Below, one piece after another: positions 21,851 through 35,879 of a DNA stretch of 64,000 nucleotides. The notes below the pieces were generated by a model that was given only the letters and a program-made list of their open reading frames with translations, was not told the DNA's origin and made no database searches. The DNA comes from Podarcis bocagei. Its lineage: Eukaryota. Location: the NCBI GenBank assembly GCA_964188305.1, contig OZ076886.1. The stretch is one strand, 5' to 3'. The translations under genes and the position numbers were made by a program. How positions within the stretch are numbered: position 1 is the stretch's first letter; every line of letters starts with the position of its first letter.

Positions 21851-22830
21851 TAATCTCAGGGAAGAAATATATATATGCAAAATAAGAGAATAATTTTAAA
21901 AACAAATGTATTAGGGCACAACCCTAGGGGGTTATAAGAGAGAGTGGGTTTCCCCCTCTGCCTATGGAGAGGAAGATCTGCCCTTACAAACCTCCCTATT
22001 GAAGGGGCAGAGACCTCTTCTGCCTCTGCTGCCTCTAATGGTGGTAACAGCAAACAGTGAGCAGATCAGATCTTTCCCCAAACTTGACCCTGAAATTGGG
22101 GGAAATCATACCAGCTGTGAAGCTGGCATACACCTGTGCTGTACAGCTCCTTCCCCTTCCTCTTTGGTTGGTGTCAGCCTGGCAAAACTTTGGAATTCTC
22201 CCATCTCCACTTGTCAGGGTGGTTCCACACAATCTGGTCTTTCTCATTGTTGTAGATATGCTGCCAGAGTACCAAGTGCATTCAGTGACAAATATCAGCA
22301 TGGTCCATCATGCACCTTAACACACTTTTGCAGAGGAGGAATAATCATATAGCTGGACAAACTAGATGTGAAGTTAATTGAATGAATGCAATGGATGTGT
22401 ATACCATTTGTTGTGTAAATCATCACCACTGATGTGAATAGGAGCTTCCTTTCAGATGCAAATTGCAGTTTTGGAGAAGCAGTGCTTGTTGGGACCAAGG
22501 AGAGAGATACCCCTCCCCTTTCCCTGCTATCTCTAGCTTGCTCAGGCTTCCCAGTGGCTGCTATTTTCATAACTAAAAACATAACTGGGCAATAAAACCC
22601 AACCTTGTCCTAGGAGGAAAAAAGGTAAGGTGCAAATGTGATGAATAAAACAGTTTAGGAGACTAGGGAGCTATTTCAGGGTCTATATTCCATATTTTAT
22701 GTTGCCTTATGAATTCCACATATTAACCCCTTTCCCCCAAGTTTGGTCATAACCTTGGACCTGCCATTGTGGTGCTATACTACATCAGGAATATGTTTGA
22801 AGTAGCCAGACATAGTAATTTTGGAAAGTA

Positions 22831-23175
22831 AAGGTAAAGGGACCCCTGACCATTACGTCCAGTCATGACCAACTCTGGGGTTGCAGCACTCATCTTGCTT
22901 TATTGGCCGAGGGAGCCGGCGTACAGCTTCCATGTGGCCAGCATGACTAAGCTGCTTCTGGAGAACCAGAGCAGCGCACGGAAACACCATTTACCTTCCC
23001 ACCAGAGCGGTACCTATTTACCTACTTGCACTTTGACATGCTTTTGAACTGCTAGGTGGGCAGGAGCTGGGACCGAGCAACAGGAGCTCACCCTGTTGCG
23101 GGGATTCGAACTGCTGACCTTCTCATCAGCAAGTCCTAGGCTCTGTGGTTTAACCCACAGCGCCACCCACGTCCC
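22831..23175 (-). mobile_element. Sauria SINE, full length
   Basis: Reverse complement of the same family; TSD AATTTTGGAAAGTA at 22817-22830 and 23176-23189. Confidence 0.92.
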
Positions 23176-26100
23176 AATTTTGGAAAGTACCCTGTATTAA
23201 ATAAGGAAGTCCAAAAACTGCACAGGCATCATTACCTACCTGAATATAATGATGTGCTAAACCAATGGCAGCTACCCTGAACCATGTGCTGGGGGGTCAC
23301 ACAACTCATTGATTAAGCTTCTTCTTTGTTTAAAGCCATCCAAAGCTGAAGATGGCTATAAAGAAGAAAAGTAAAAAATCCAACTAGAGAAGGCACACAT
23401 TTTTACCAGGTGCTGCAGAGTTTGTCCCCAGTTTGGGCTAGAAGCATAGCTTCCAGTGAAAACGCTGTCAGGTGCAGCCTATGTGGTGCCAACCAGATAT
23501 TATGGTACTACAGTTTCTATAATCCCTGATGGTTGGCCATCTTGAGTGGGGCTGATGGGAGATGGCCATGTTAGCTAACCCTGTGCCAGCTTTTCTTGTA
23601 GGCCCAGGCCTATCTGTTTTCTAATGTGTTTGGGCTCTTTTCCAGAAATAGAGGGATTCTCTGCTGCAGGGAGGGGCAGCTGTATATCTCCCCTGTCCTG
23701 CTCCTGATGCCCTGTTGTATTCAAGATGAGGAGCTAACATAGCTCCTTATCCTAAATCTCTCTGATTCTGTGAAATGACACCCGCCCCCATCCCTTCACT
23801 GAATCAAAACCTTCAGCCATGGGATGTGCATATGGGATGCGCATAATGACTGAAGATTTCTGAGCCCATGAAAGGTAAGGAAAATCCTCCTCTTCACTGC
23901 TTCAAAAGGACCTTGGGATGCAAGGTTTAGTGCAGCTCAGAAGGAAGATAAAATCTGAAGAATGAAAAAAGCATAGCTTCTTTGTTGTCTTGGAGGGCCC
24001 TCAGGCAGAGTTCCTTAATACCTTTATAGGTAGATCCTGAGCATGCTGGCTTGAAGTCCTCAGTTGAGTCAATGTGACTTGCTTCCTATTATGGTTGCTT
24101 TAAGACTGCAGTGTTAATGTGATTGATTACCGAGTACCTATAAGGTAAAAGAGTCTGTCAGCAAAGACTCACACCTTTCTATTGATCCAGTCAGTTCACT
24201 TATCACTGATGTTATTCAGGCCATTTTCGCTTCAGCAATCTTTGTTTCTGTCTCCAGCAATGATAATGATCTTAGAAACAAGTTTCACGCTAGGCCCTGG
24301 AGTCTAATGAGTGTTGTGTGTTAGATGACATTGGCTGTGTTGAGGACAATTGTAGAAGAGATCAAATATTAATGAAGACTGCATTTGCCTTAGATAGGCT
24401 TAACAGCAATATCATATTCTTGAGGCACTTCCAGATGACCTGTTTATTGATTGTTCATCCTGATTTGTTTGCAGGGAGGTTAGATAATGTTATGTCCAAA
24501 CAGGTGTTATCCCCAACTTGCCAGTGCATCTCCCCCATCACTTTCCTTGCAACAAAAGGCCAATCTTTTGGAGAAATTGTTTTGTTGTGCAAGAGCTCAA
24601 AATCAGTTTTAATTGTATGCCATGAATTTACTCGTATGTGACTGAACCACACTAACAGTACTGATAATTATTATCCTTATTTGATTTATATTGTTTATTT
24701 TGGCCCATTGGTTATCAAATCATCAAAAACAAACCAACAGACCATAAGAGCAGCTTTCCTGTATTTCCTCTTATTCTTGACAAGTAATTGTCTTACTGGG
24801 GTGGTAACTACAAACACTCATGCTTTAGGGTACAATGGAACTGGAGTCCTAAAAGTCCTGTTAAAATAGGAAGCTGCCTTATACCAGGTCAGACCATTCG
24901 TCCAGCCAGCCAGCTTCAACTGGGAGGGGAAGGGTTAACATTTTGGATTATATCTTTTGATCTAGAGTGCATAGGAACTCCCTTTTAAAAAAAGGAAACT
25001 AAGAGTCTGAGATCTCTGCTTGCTTTGGGAACCAGAAAATCCCACTCCTTCTACCTGTCTATCAGTGGTCCTTTGATTGTGCATTTTCATAAGAGAAAAT
25101 GAATCTACACTTTATGTTCCAAGTGGCTGTTCCATAAATCTAGTTTCTGAACAGGATCTTATATTGACAATGATTTCAACTTTCTGTCCTCAGTACTAGT
25201 AATACTAGATACTAGTAATCCCTCTTGAGAGAGAGCAGGGCAGAAGCAAAGGGAACAAGGACAGAATGTATAGCATAGCAGCACCAATAACTAGGCATTC
25301 ATTGCCTTTCCATTTTAGACTTCCGTGTTTAGTTTTCAACACCAGCTTAAAACTTCTTGTTCCAATTATTTACACAAGCTTACCATGCCATGTGACCTAT
25401 TTTCTTCTGACCTCTGCCCTTTTATGGTTTTGCCTTTGCTTTTGCTTTGTGAAGTTGATTTTATTACATACACCACTTGGAGAGTCCCCCAGTCCCTCTT
25501 GAGTTAGTGGTATAGAGACTTAAGCATAAATAAATAATGTGGGAAAATATTCCAAGCAAACAAGCCAAATCATTCAGACATCCATTTAGCAGCAGCAGGA
25601 AACTGTCATGCTTTGGAATAGAAAGTGGCTGTTCCAAGTCAACTGCTGTCAGCAAAAGACATCCCATATGCAACCAGTACTAAATCCTTAATGTGTCAAT
25701 GTCATTCCATGGGGAGGGCAGGATACCAACTTCTAATCCTGAGCTCATCTAGAGAATTGACAATATCAACAAGTAGTCATTTGAAGGTCACTGTTCAATA
25801 AAACAAATATCCCCCTATTGGTTTTATGAAGGCAGACTTCCTCTTCAGTGAAACCATCTCCTCCACTTTCTTACTGACTGGACCCTTGCAATGTATTTGT
25901 TGTTTGTAATTGGGTCTGGCCAGAGCTGCATCCCATCCTGCCCATTTGCTTTCTTTCCAAACTGCCCAAGAGAGTCACCCCTCTCTGAGTTCAAGGAAAG
26001 AACAGTTACAGCTCAGATAGAAAGGTGAAGATGAAAGGTCCTTTAAATGTACCCTATTTGCTCCACAGAGGAATGGAACAAATGTAGAAGAGGGAAGGTC

Positions 26101-28740
26101 TGTAGTTCAATGATTCAGCATCTGTTTTACACGGGAAAAGATACCAGGTTTTTTTCCACCATTCAAGCAAGTTCGGGATCTTCTAATTGGCAAAGTGCAC
26201 TGCAAAAAGCAAACAGTGAATTCCTGCCAAAAGTTCTCTCACTTCCATGAGATGTCACATAGACCGCATAATCTGTCTCTCTCTGAATGCTCTTCAAAAG
26301 TGGTCACCAATATAGCGCCCATAGTTGCCAATGTGCCCACTTGTACCTGCTATGATGCTCATGAAAGGTCTCAGTAAATCTTCCTGCAATCCACAGTATA
26401 TGATAAAGTGTTCCTCATGCTAGCTTCTATTTGGCTCAGGCTCTACCACATGCGTGAATGGCAGCCATTTTGTATTATGCCACACCCACAGCAGCCATTT
26501 TGTGACTGGTAACCATGGCACTTTATCAAAATTCCAAATGTGCCTACTGGTCCAAAATGGCTGCTGACCCTTGCTCCACACCAAAAGAGTCATTTCCAAG
26601 GTCACAGAGTTCTCTTAGCAACACATAAATAAGACACTGTGATTTGGTACAGAAAGGTCTCCTTTCAATTTTATTGTACTATGTCTGCATGGACATGGGG
26701 AAAAATCTGTAGTAGCATTTATGTAGCATGCACATCTCATTCACGGGGCAGCACTTCCCTTTAATTGTTATAACATCTAAAAAATTCATCAGCCTAGGGG
26801 TGGTGAGGATATGACAAAATGGTAGAAGACAAGACACAGTGAAGTTGGAATGCCTTGGCTTGTATAATAATCACCTGGCAGCAGTACAATGCTGACTCCT
26901 AAACAAAGTGCAACAAGGCTATACAGTCAATCCATTAGATTATGGCTCTTTTTTACCGTCAGTCTTTCAACAGTACATGATTTGAAACTGTTGACACCTG
27001 AGCTGAGGAAGAACCTTAATTCTGTAGCCAAGAAACCCTCCACAATTTGATCACAAAAGCAAGGTCAAAATGCACTATTAGAATGCTGAAATTTGATCAC
27101 ATCTGGGACTTCATTCCCTGCTTTTGTGTCCATGTCCTTAAACCAACTGGGAGTTTAGCTTTCAGAAGAAGAGGAGAGGGAAAATGCACATTTGATTTGG
27201 AAGCATCTCAAGGCTGTAGAATGGCCTGAAAGAATATTTTCTCTTGTTAATTATGCTGTTTTAAATGTGCATTTTATATTTGTCATCCCTTAGTAATGTT
27301 TTCTTTTGAAATGTTCAAGATGATTTATTTGTTAACTTTGATGCGCTAAATGTACATTCTGTAGTTGATCTCCTTTGTAATGCTATATTTTGAAACCTTT
27401 AAGGTAATATTTTTGTTTCCTGTTAATTATGTTGCTTTGAATTATATTTCACTTTCTTCTGTAATGTTTTATCCTGGATTGTTTTATTTGAGGTTTTAAT
27501 ACTGAGATTTTTTCTTAAACATATAAAGTGGCATAGAATTTTTAAGTAAGTAAGTAAGTAATGGAAACACGGGCATAACAAGGGACAAATGTGCCATTTT
27601 AAAAATGTGCTTGCCATTTGCCTAGCACCAGACATGGCTCACAAAGTAAAAACATGTAACTCACAAAGAAAGTGCTAGTCTGGATTTGGAGGAATGAAAT
27701 TGTTTACATTAGGTGTAATCTTAAGCATTTTTACACAACGTCTCTCCAATATCAATGGAACTTAACTCTACTAAGTGTGTTCAGGATTATGGCCACAACA
27801 ACTCATAACTGAATGCCTGCAGGCAGTGCTGCCTAGCATCCACTAGGAAAGTGGGAGGCGTAGAAGCCAGCAGCAGGCTGAGCCAGAGCTAACTAATTCT
27901 AATTTTGTCTCCATGCTCCTGCCGAGTTTGCTACAAAGGGCAACACTGGGACCATGGAGGAGGAAAGTGAGAGGCAGTGCCACCCTTTAGTGGTTGTAAA
28001 TAAGAAGCCAGGTAGGTGGCTGGCTGGCTGAGGGCAGATTAAGGTTGGTGGGGCTGTGCCCCATTTGACCTAAAAAAAGGAGCCCTCACTGCCTGCTTCT
28101 CACCCTCCCCAAGGTATTTGAATATGATACGTCTTAAATTACTCTCCACCCAGTGGCATCTAAATGCAATTCTGCATGAACTTGCTCCACTCTGTTCTGT
28201 AAGCATTAGAGTTAAAATCTTAACATTGCTAAGTTTTTGTGGATCAATTTTCCCATAAGGTCTCATATCTGAGGATGCCTCAGAAAGTATAGCAAAGAAG
28301 AAATTATGCCCCTCTGCATAGTAATAGATCTTGGGACCACGTCCTGTACCCTGTTGTGTTAGCAAGCTATCTCTTGCGAAATCGGGAACCAGTTCAGGTA
28401 GAGGAGAAAACTCTTGTGCATGTGGTGCTGCGGAACAGAGAGGAGCATGGGCTGTGTGTTGCCATAGCAATGATGTTCCTTAGGAATGGGAAGCAAGCTG
28501 CTTTTCAAAAGCCATGATAAGATCTGAACCCCCTGAGCAAACAGAAGGAGAAGAAAGACTGCTGCTTCATACTTCACAATTTGGGAAACATATTGCTCTT
28601 TTTAAATTATTTCCCAGTCCTACCTGGAGATAACTAGGGATTGTACCTGGGACTATTTGCATGCCTAACACATACTCTGCCATTCAGCTGTGATCTTTCC
28701 AACTTTCTTATTACTGGAAAACATATGGAATATAATCTCC

Positions 28741-28863
28741 TAGAATCATAGGGACCCTGAGGATCATCCAGTCCTACCCTCTGGAATGCATGGATAGGCA
28801 GCTGGATGGAACCTACAACCTTGGCATTATCAGCACCACACTCTAACCAACTGAGCTATCCAG
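28741..28863 (-). mobile_element. tRNA-derived SINE with CR1-like tail
   Basis: Minus strand CTGGATAGCTCAGTTGGTTAGAGTGTGGTGCTGATAATGCCAAGGTTG...ATGATTCTA; same family as 7262-7885. Confidence 0.7.
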
Positions 28864-28909
28864 TCCGTATAAGAGAAAATTGATTGTGACAATACTTCTT
28901 GCATAAATA

Positions 28910-28947
<38 letters not shown>

Positions 28948-29480
28948 ACAGACACACACACACACACACATGCATGCATGAAGTATTGTCATAATCAATG
29001 CCTGCTTTATTTATGTAGCAAGACCCATCAAAGTGTATTGCTTAAACATCTTAAATATATCGCTGCTGTGAATATTCTGATAAGTTTCCAGATAGCAGGA
29101 GCCACATTTTGCTTCAGCTTGCTCTCCCAGCATGTGATGAGTTAAGCTCTAGTCACATTCAGGACTTGCCCTGATGGAACAATTGTCTTAGAGCGATGTT
29201 GAATTCCTTGCTATATTTTTACTTCAATCCGCTCTTCCTAATGCACATAAAGTTGTAAGGTCACTTACGTAACTTGGTACTGACTCCATGGAGTAAGATG
29301 AAAGCAAGGGCCATGGCAACATTCTTGCTATATCCATGTGTAACCAAAGCTCCAGAGTTAAAATGGATGTCATACATTTCAGGTGAGAGAGAGCTAGAAA
29401 CACATGGATGCATATTTCAGATTCAACTATCTGAAAGCTGTTTATCTATAAGCACTGCCAAGTTGAACCTCATTTCAACA

Positions 29481-29609
29481 NNNNNNNNNNNNNNNNNNNN
29501 NNNNNNNNNNNNNNNNNNNNNNNNNNNNNNNNNNNNNNNNNNNNNNNNNNNNNNNNNNNNNNNNNNNNNNNNNNNNNNNNNNNNNNNNNNNNNNNNNNNN
29601 NNNNNNNNN
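29481..29609. other. Assembly gap (129 N)
   Basis: Run of N. Confidence 1.
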
Positions 29610-31150
29610 AGAAGATCCTGAAAAATCTGTGATAATCTTGCAGCTTTCATTCTGAAATATTCTCCCTGTATAGATGGGGAGCGGCTGCCTTAATATCAAA
29701 ATATGAACTGTCGGGAGTAAAAATGTAAGAATATTAGAATGCAGGAGCACATTATAATCTCCAGAAGCTCTAAAGGAAATGATAAGAAGTGGAGCATGAA
29801 TATGTAGAAGAATTTACAGAAGGTGTAATCTTTTTTTTATCATCATCATGTGTATTTAATCTCAATGTGCCACATCACCTCAACTTTAATCTGATGTCCA
29901 CAGGTAGAGTAAATGTTCTGAGTGAAAGTGTTTGGAAATGAGAAGATGATCAGGACTGAATTTTTATAGGGCATTTGATGCATTTCAATGCATGGTTTTC
30001 GACTTGTGTTTCAATCATTGGTTCCGAAAGCTGGTTTTTCTGGTCTCTTTATCCCGTAGGTGGCACTGTTGTGCCATAGCATGCTTCAGACTTCTAATGA
30101 GCTCAGGAATGATCAAGGGAATGGGAAGGGAAAAACACATACACAGAGAGAGTGAAGCTAGCAAAAAGGGGGAAAGGAAATGGGGGTGGTGGTGGTGGAA
30201 GAGAAGACTTTTTCATTTTAAAACTTGCTTATCTGAAGATTTCTTCATAACTTTTTAACTCTTGGAATTCACTGCTTCTGAAATGGAAAAGAAAAAAGCT
30301 GGTGACTATTCCTGCATGACTAGGCTTGGTCTATATTCACATCAGGCCATGTCAGAAGTGAGAGAATCCTTTCCTCCAACTCTTAACAGCCTCGCATCAC
30401 TAAGGGGGATACAAATGGGATTCTCTGTCCCTGTTCCAGAGCAGGGGTCATAGTTAGTCCACATGCTTTGCATACAGAATGCCCTCGGTGCCTCCCTGGA
30501 CATATCCAGGTAAAATGATAATATATACTAGGGCTGGGAAGGCCACTGTCTGAGCTTGTTGCCACTTGAAGTATAGGCAGGAGGGTCTGACCCAAAATAA
30601 GGCAGCTTGATATGCCCATATGCTCCACCAGTCTCATTGCTCATCTCCTTCCATGGCTTTTGGAGTCAGCAGGACTCTTCTGTGCCCTACCACAGGTGGA
30701 TGGTCAGGGGAAGAATAAGGTATCTGAGGAGAAGGGCTATCAGTGGCTACTAGTGAATTGGAGGCAATAAGGCTTCTGAAAACCAATTGTTGGAAGCCAC
30801 AGGAGGGGAGAGTGCTCATGTGTTCATGTTCTGCTCACTGGTTTTCCTTTGTAGGAGGGTTAACAAACTGAAGGACATTGTCTTCTTTCTATGTTCCCCC
30901 CGATGGAAATATGCTGATGGGGACTGATACACCCCCACTTTAAGTTGTTTATATGCTGTCTTCTGTTGTATATTACTTACTACAAAGCTCGATGACTAAG
31001 CCCTTTGGGGGATGAAATGTCTGATTACCAGAGCAACGTCCAAGCACTGAACAACTGATACATCACAAGTGGACTCTTTATTACTGCGTTCAAGATAAAA
31101 CCTATTTTGGAAGGAAACTACTTTTGCCATTTAATGGGTGTTTATTGTTT

Positions 31151-31491
31151 GCCTCAGTCCAGTATACCTGAAGGAGCGTCTCCACCCCCATCATTCTACC
31201 CGGACACTGAGGTCCAGTGCTGAGGGCCTTCTGGTGGGTCCCTCACTGCAAGAAGCCAAGTTACAGAGAACCAGGGAGAGGGCCTTCTCAGTAGTGGCAC
31301 TCGCCCTGTGGAACACCCTCCCACCAGATGTCAAAGAGAAAAACAACTACCAAACCTTTAGAAGACATCCGAAGGCAGACCTGTTTAGGGAAGCTTTTAA
31401 TGTTTAATGCACTATTGTATTTTAATATTTTGTTGGAAGCCGTCCAGAGTGTCTGGGGAAACCCAGCCAGATGGGTGGGATAATAAAAATA

Positions 31492-31537
<46 letters not shown>
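31151..31537 (+). mobile_element. L2-type LINE 3' end with (AAT)n tail
   Basis: YLKERL...RTLRS...RAFSVVA..LWN.LP...FRRH.K..LF, then conserved 3' stem-loop and tail; same family as 32840-33620. Confidence 0.88.
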
Positions 31538-31848
31538 GACAGTTGCCTTGATATTATCTTGTGTCTATTGCAGAAGCCATTGTATCACCACCCTGTTTAT
31601 TGTTTCATTGTAATCCACACTAGAAGCATCCTGGAGGACCGACTCAGAGGGATTTATTTACCACTGGAAGATCTATTATCCTCACTTTTGTAGTGCAAGT
31701 TCTTCTGAGATTTTCCCAGCATTGACTCCTATATAAAATGAACAGCGGATTTGCACTTGCATGGATAATTTTGATTATTCATTTGAGACAAAAACTACCC
31801 AGAATGCATAGGATCTCACAGGAAAACAGAGGGGCCAAGGACTTAAAG

Positions 31849-32257
31849 CAGGCATAGAAGAAGAAGAAGAAGAAGAAGAAGAAGAAGAAGAAGAAGAAGA
31901 AGAGGAGGAGGAGTAGGAGGAGGAGTAGGAGTTGGAGTTTGGATTTGATATCCCGTTTTATCACTACCCGAAGGAGTCTCAAAGCAGCTAACATTCTCCT
32001 TTCTCTTCCTCCCCCGACAACAAACACTCTGTGAGGTGAGTGAGGCTGAGAGACTTCAAAGAAGTGTGACTAGCCCAAGGTCACCCAGCAGCTGCATGTG
32101 GAGGAGCGAAGATGTGAACCCGGTTCACCAAATTACGAGCCTACCGCTCTTAACCACTACACCACACTGGCTCATCCCTGACCACTGGTTCTGTTAGCTA
32201 GGGATTATGGGAGTTGTAGTCCCAAAACATCTGAAGGGCTAAGTTTGCCTATGCCTG
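31849..32257. mobile_element. Palindromic hAT-type MITE interrupted by a SINE
   Basis: Ends CAGGCATAG / CTATGCCTG; imperfect 8-bp TSD ACTTAAAG / TCTTAAAA. Confidence 0.65.
31858..32173 (-). mobile_element. CORE/MIR-type SINE (Squam2-like) with expanded (CTC/CTT)n tail
   Basis: Homologous to 16261-16506; (GAA)n/(GGA)n at 31858-31930 on the plus strand. Confidence 0.82.
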
Positions 32258-32839
32258 TCTTAAAACATAATATACTAATTTCTAGACTTTCAGCACTATT
32301 AAGGGGACAGCTCCCTGGCTTCCCAGTGATAACTAAAACTCACCATCCCAACTTTTTATGAACAGTTCCTGAGGACATAGGGACTTGGATCATTTGGGGG
32401 AAGCAAGGTGACTTGGTTGGACTGAAAAAGATTTTTTAACATGCAAGAAAACAAAATATATTGAAGTAGAACACAGTTTGCCTGGGGCTGAGACCAGTTA
32501 CCATAGAGGTGATTGTACCATTTCAGTCTGCAGGTAGTGGCTTACATAACAAAATGCTCTGTCGGGGTGGGGGGAAGAATCCAAGCACATGGCCAAACTG
32601 AGGTTAGCCACATGATTAATCCCAGCTTGCAGATGCAGAAGCCATGGTCAATTATTCTGTGAACTGCCCTGAGACCTCCAGGTATAGGGCATTATATAAA
32701 TACAATAAATAAAACAACAACAACAACAATAATAATAATACCTTGGGAGAGGTGTAAGGGGGCTTAAATCCTTTGCTCTCCACAGTATCTGCAGTCCAGT
32801 TCATCCCCTCTCCATGCTTTGGGGGGAAAGCTCTCTCTA

Positions 32840-33620
32840 GAGGATTCCCTGGTCCTGAATGGGGTAACTGTGCCCCTGAAGGACCAGGTGCGTAGCCTGG
32901 GAGTCATTTTGGACTCACAGCTGTCCATGGAGGTGCAGGTCAAATCTGTGTCCAGGGCAGCTGTCTACCAGCTCCATCTGGTACGTAGGCTGAGACCCTA
33001 TCTGCCTGCAGACTGTCTCGCCAGAGTGGTGCATGCTCTGGTTATCTCCCTCTTTGACTACTGCAGTGCGCTCTACGTGGGGCTACCTTTGAAGGTGACC
33101 CGGAAACTACAACTAATCCAGAACGCAGCAGCTAGACTGGTGACTGGGAGCGGCCACTGAGACCATATAACACCGGTCTTGAAAGACCTACATTGGCTCC
33201 CAGTACGTTTCTGAGCACAATTCAAAGTGTTGGTGCTGACCTTTAAAGCCCTAAACGGCCTCGGTCCAGCATACCTGAAGGAGCGTCTCCACCCCCATCG
33301 TTTTGCCCGGACACTGAGGTCCAGCGCCGAGGGCGTTCTGCCGGTTCCCTCACTGCAAGAAGCCAAGTTACAGGGAACCAGGGAGAGGGCCTTCTCCATA
33401 GTGGCACCCTCCCTGTGGAACGCCCTCCCACCAGATGTCAAAGAGAACAACAACTACCAGACTTTTAGAAGACATCTGAAGGCAGCCCTGTTTAGGGAAG
33501 CTTTTAATGTTTGATGTATTACAGTATTTTAATATCTTTTTGGAAGCCACCCAGAGTGGCTGGGGAAGCCCAGCCAGATGGGTGGGGTATAAATAATAAA
33601 TTATTATTATTATTATCATT
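32840..33620 (+). mobile_element. L2-type LINE, 5'-truncated, RT C-terminal region with premature stops
   Basis: VRSLGVILDSQL...LVHALVIS..DYC.ALY.GLP...KLQLIQNAAARLV...HITPVLKDLHWLPV...FKVLVLTFKALNGLGP. Confidence 0.92.
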
Positions 33621-34828
33621 ATAGAGCAATTGGGAATTTCTTCGTATATATTGCAGATTGCAAACTATAGATTGGGAATCAATGGGGAGAACTGCCTCAG
33701 TGAGAACTAAGCTCAATAGGGAAATTTCACTGAAAATACCCAAGTATACCCAAAGTTGGGATTCACAATTTAATAGTGTGGATTTGATTTTTACATATGA
33801 GGCCCTAAATTGACCTTCCCCAACGTGGTATCCTGCAGGTGGTTTAGATTACGGCCCCATTCAGCTCCAGTCAGCATTGTGAATGGTCAGGAATGATGGA
33901 AGTTGTAGTCCAACAATATCTGGAGAGTCAGAGGTTAGTCACCCCTCGTTTAGACCATGTAATGCACAGAAATCAGTAAGCAAGGCTAGAGAAAATTGTA
34001 TTTATAATAATACAGAGCCATTGCTCATTAAAGTTAATGGTCCTGGTTGAGGTGGACTGCAGTTTTGGGCTCAGTATGAGTCAGTTTTTCATATCCTTAT
34101 AATGGTAAACTCCAGTGCACAATTCTTTCCAGAATCCCTTGATAACATTTAAGTATCTTTTTTGTCTTTGAGTTTCTCAGTTAGTAATAAAATTCCAAGA
34201 CTGTGCTTGATTCTCCATGGGATTTGAAAATCTGCTGTGCATGGATAATTAGTCTTCCTCAATTGCTTCTAGAAAGAAGTGCTATTTATTTAAATTAGTG
34301 CACACCACAAGGTTTGCACTGGCAGGTCTCACAAAATATACCTAAGGTGGCCAAATTTGGGTGATACAGTTAAGCCAGCATATCTATTTTTAATTAGTAA
34401 GGCTAGAAAATGATGATCAAAAAAGTGCTTTGATGTACTACTGTTACTGACTCTCTTCCAAACAAAATAGTTTCTCAGTATCAGAAGAGGAAGCATATTG
34501 TTGAGCAGTCATTTCATAAACAATTCAACAATTGTTTGATCTCACCTCACAGATCTCCACTGTGAATGATGTCCCTATAGTGTAAATATAAGCAAATAAA
34601 TGAAAAATGAAAGATATGAAGGAAAGGCTTGCAAAAATATCAGTATATCCTTGGAGACTGCTAATCTGATCCACGAACAGTAAGCCATTCATTTATTCTT
34701 TCATTTTATCAGCTGCCCAGTAGCAAGAGCTCTTTGTGTAATGTATGATGTAAAAAAACAAAAACAAAGTTAAAATCACAATTACAATAAAAAAAATAAG
34801 AATAAGCAAATCTACTGTAATCTAAGTA

Positions 34829-35059
34829 CAGTGGTACCTTGGGTTAAGAACTTAATTCGTTCCGGAGGTCTGTTCTTAACCTGAAACTGTTCTTAACCTG
34901 AAGTACCACTTTAGCTAGTGGGGCCTCCCGCTGTGGCTGCTCGATTTCTGTTCTCATCCTGAAGCAAAGTTCTTAACCCAAGGTACTATTTCTGGGTTAG
35001 CGGAGTCTGTAACCTGAAGAGTCTTTAACCTGAAGCGTATGTAACCCGAGGTACCACTA
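34829..35059. mobile_element. Tigger/pogo-like MITE
   Basis: TA-CAGTGGTACCTTGGGTT ... AACCCGAGGTACCACT; same family as 58632-58873. Confidence 0.88.
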
Positions 35060-35838
35060 TACACCTAATGTAACTCTTTGGAGCCCAGCCAAAGTTAGGA
35101 TGGTGTGCCTGTGTTCAAGAAAAGGTAGGGCACAGAACATCATTGCATCCCCACTACATATATAGTCTTCCAAAAACAGTGTAACTAGGCTTGCACAACC
35201 AAATTGTCCAAATCCTGAACCAAATTGGGCTGATTTGTGCCAAATCTGGATCAGGTTGGGACAACTACCAATCATTACAGCCCCAGGATTAACCTTTAGC
35301 ATTCAGTCCAGAGTTAGCCACCCCAGATGAAAAATGCAGATCACTAGTTGTTGGCACTGCATAGTTACTTCATGGAGAAGAATATGCCATGAGCAAGCCT
35401 TGAAAGGAAATGCATTAAAACCAAACAGTATGTTAATTCAAGGTGAACTGTCCAGAAATTTTATGAGACCTGTCAACGTCATATATCACATTTGACGTGA
35501 AAATGTAGTAGGATATAGAAAAACATTTCTGTCTGTTCTTATGGTGACATACATCTCCTGACAACCCATGTCTGCTCTTCCCTGCTTCTCCCACTCAAAA
35601 GCCACTAATAGGCTGCGTTGCTGCTACTGGAACCAAGAAGTTTCAAGTAGCAGGAAGGTTTAGAACATTCTGTTATCAACAAATGACAGTGTGATCTTTT
35701 CTTTATGAAGAGTTTCACTATTAAGGCACTCATTCTTGATTCCTTCCTTTCCCAAAGTGAAGAAAAAATATAGCTCTTTAGATCAGTTTTAACAATACTC
35801 AAGCTCTTGGGAATTATCTTTCTATACTTTAATAATGA

Positions 35839-35839
<1 letters not shown>

Positions 35840-35879
<40 letters not shown>

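Noticed and set aside
29274-29750. ORFs spanning the N run
   Set aside because: Artefacts of the assembly gap.
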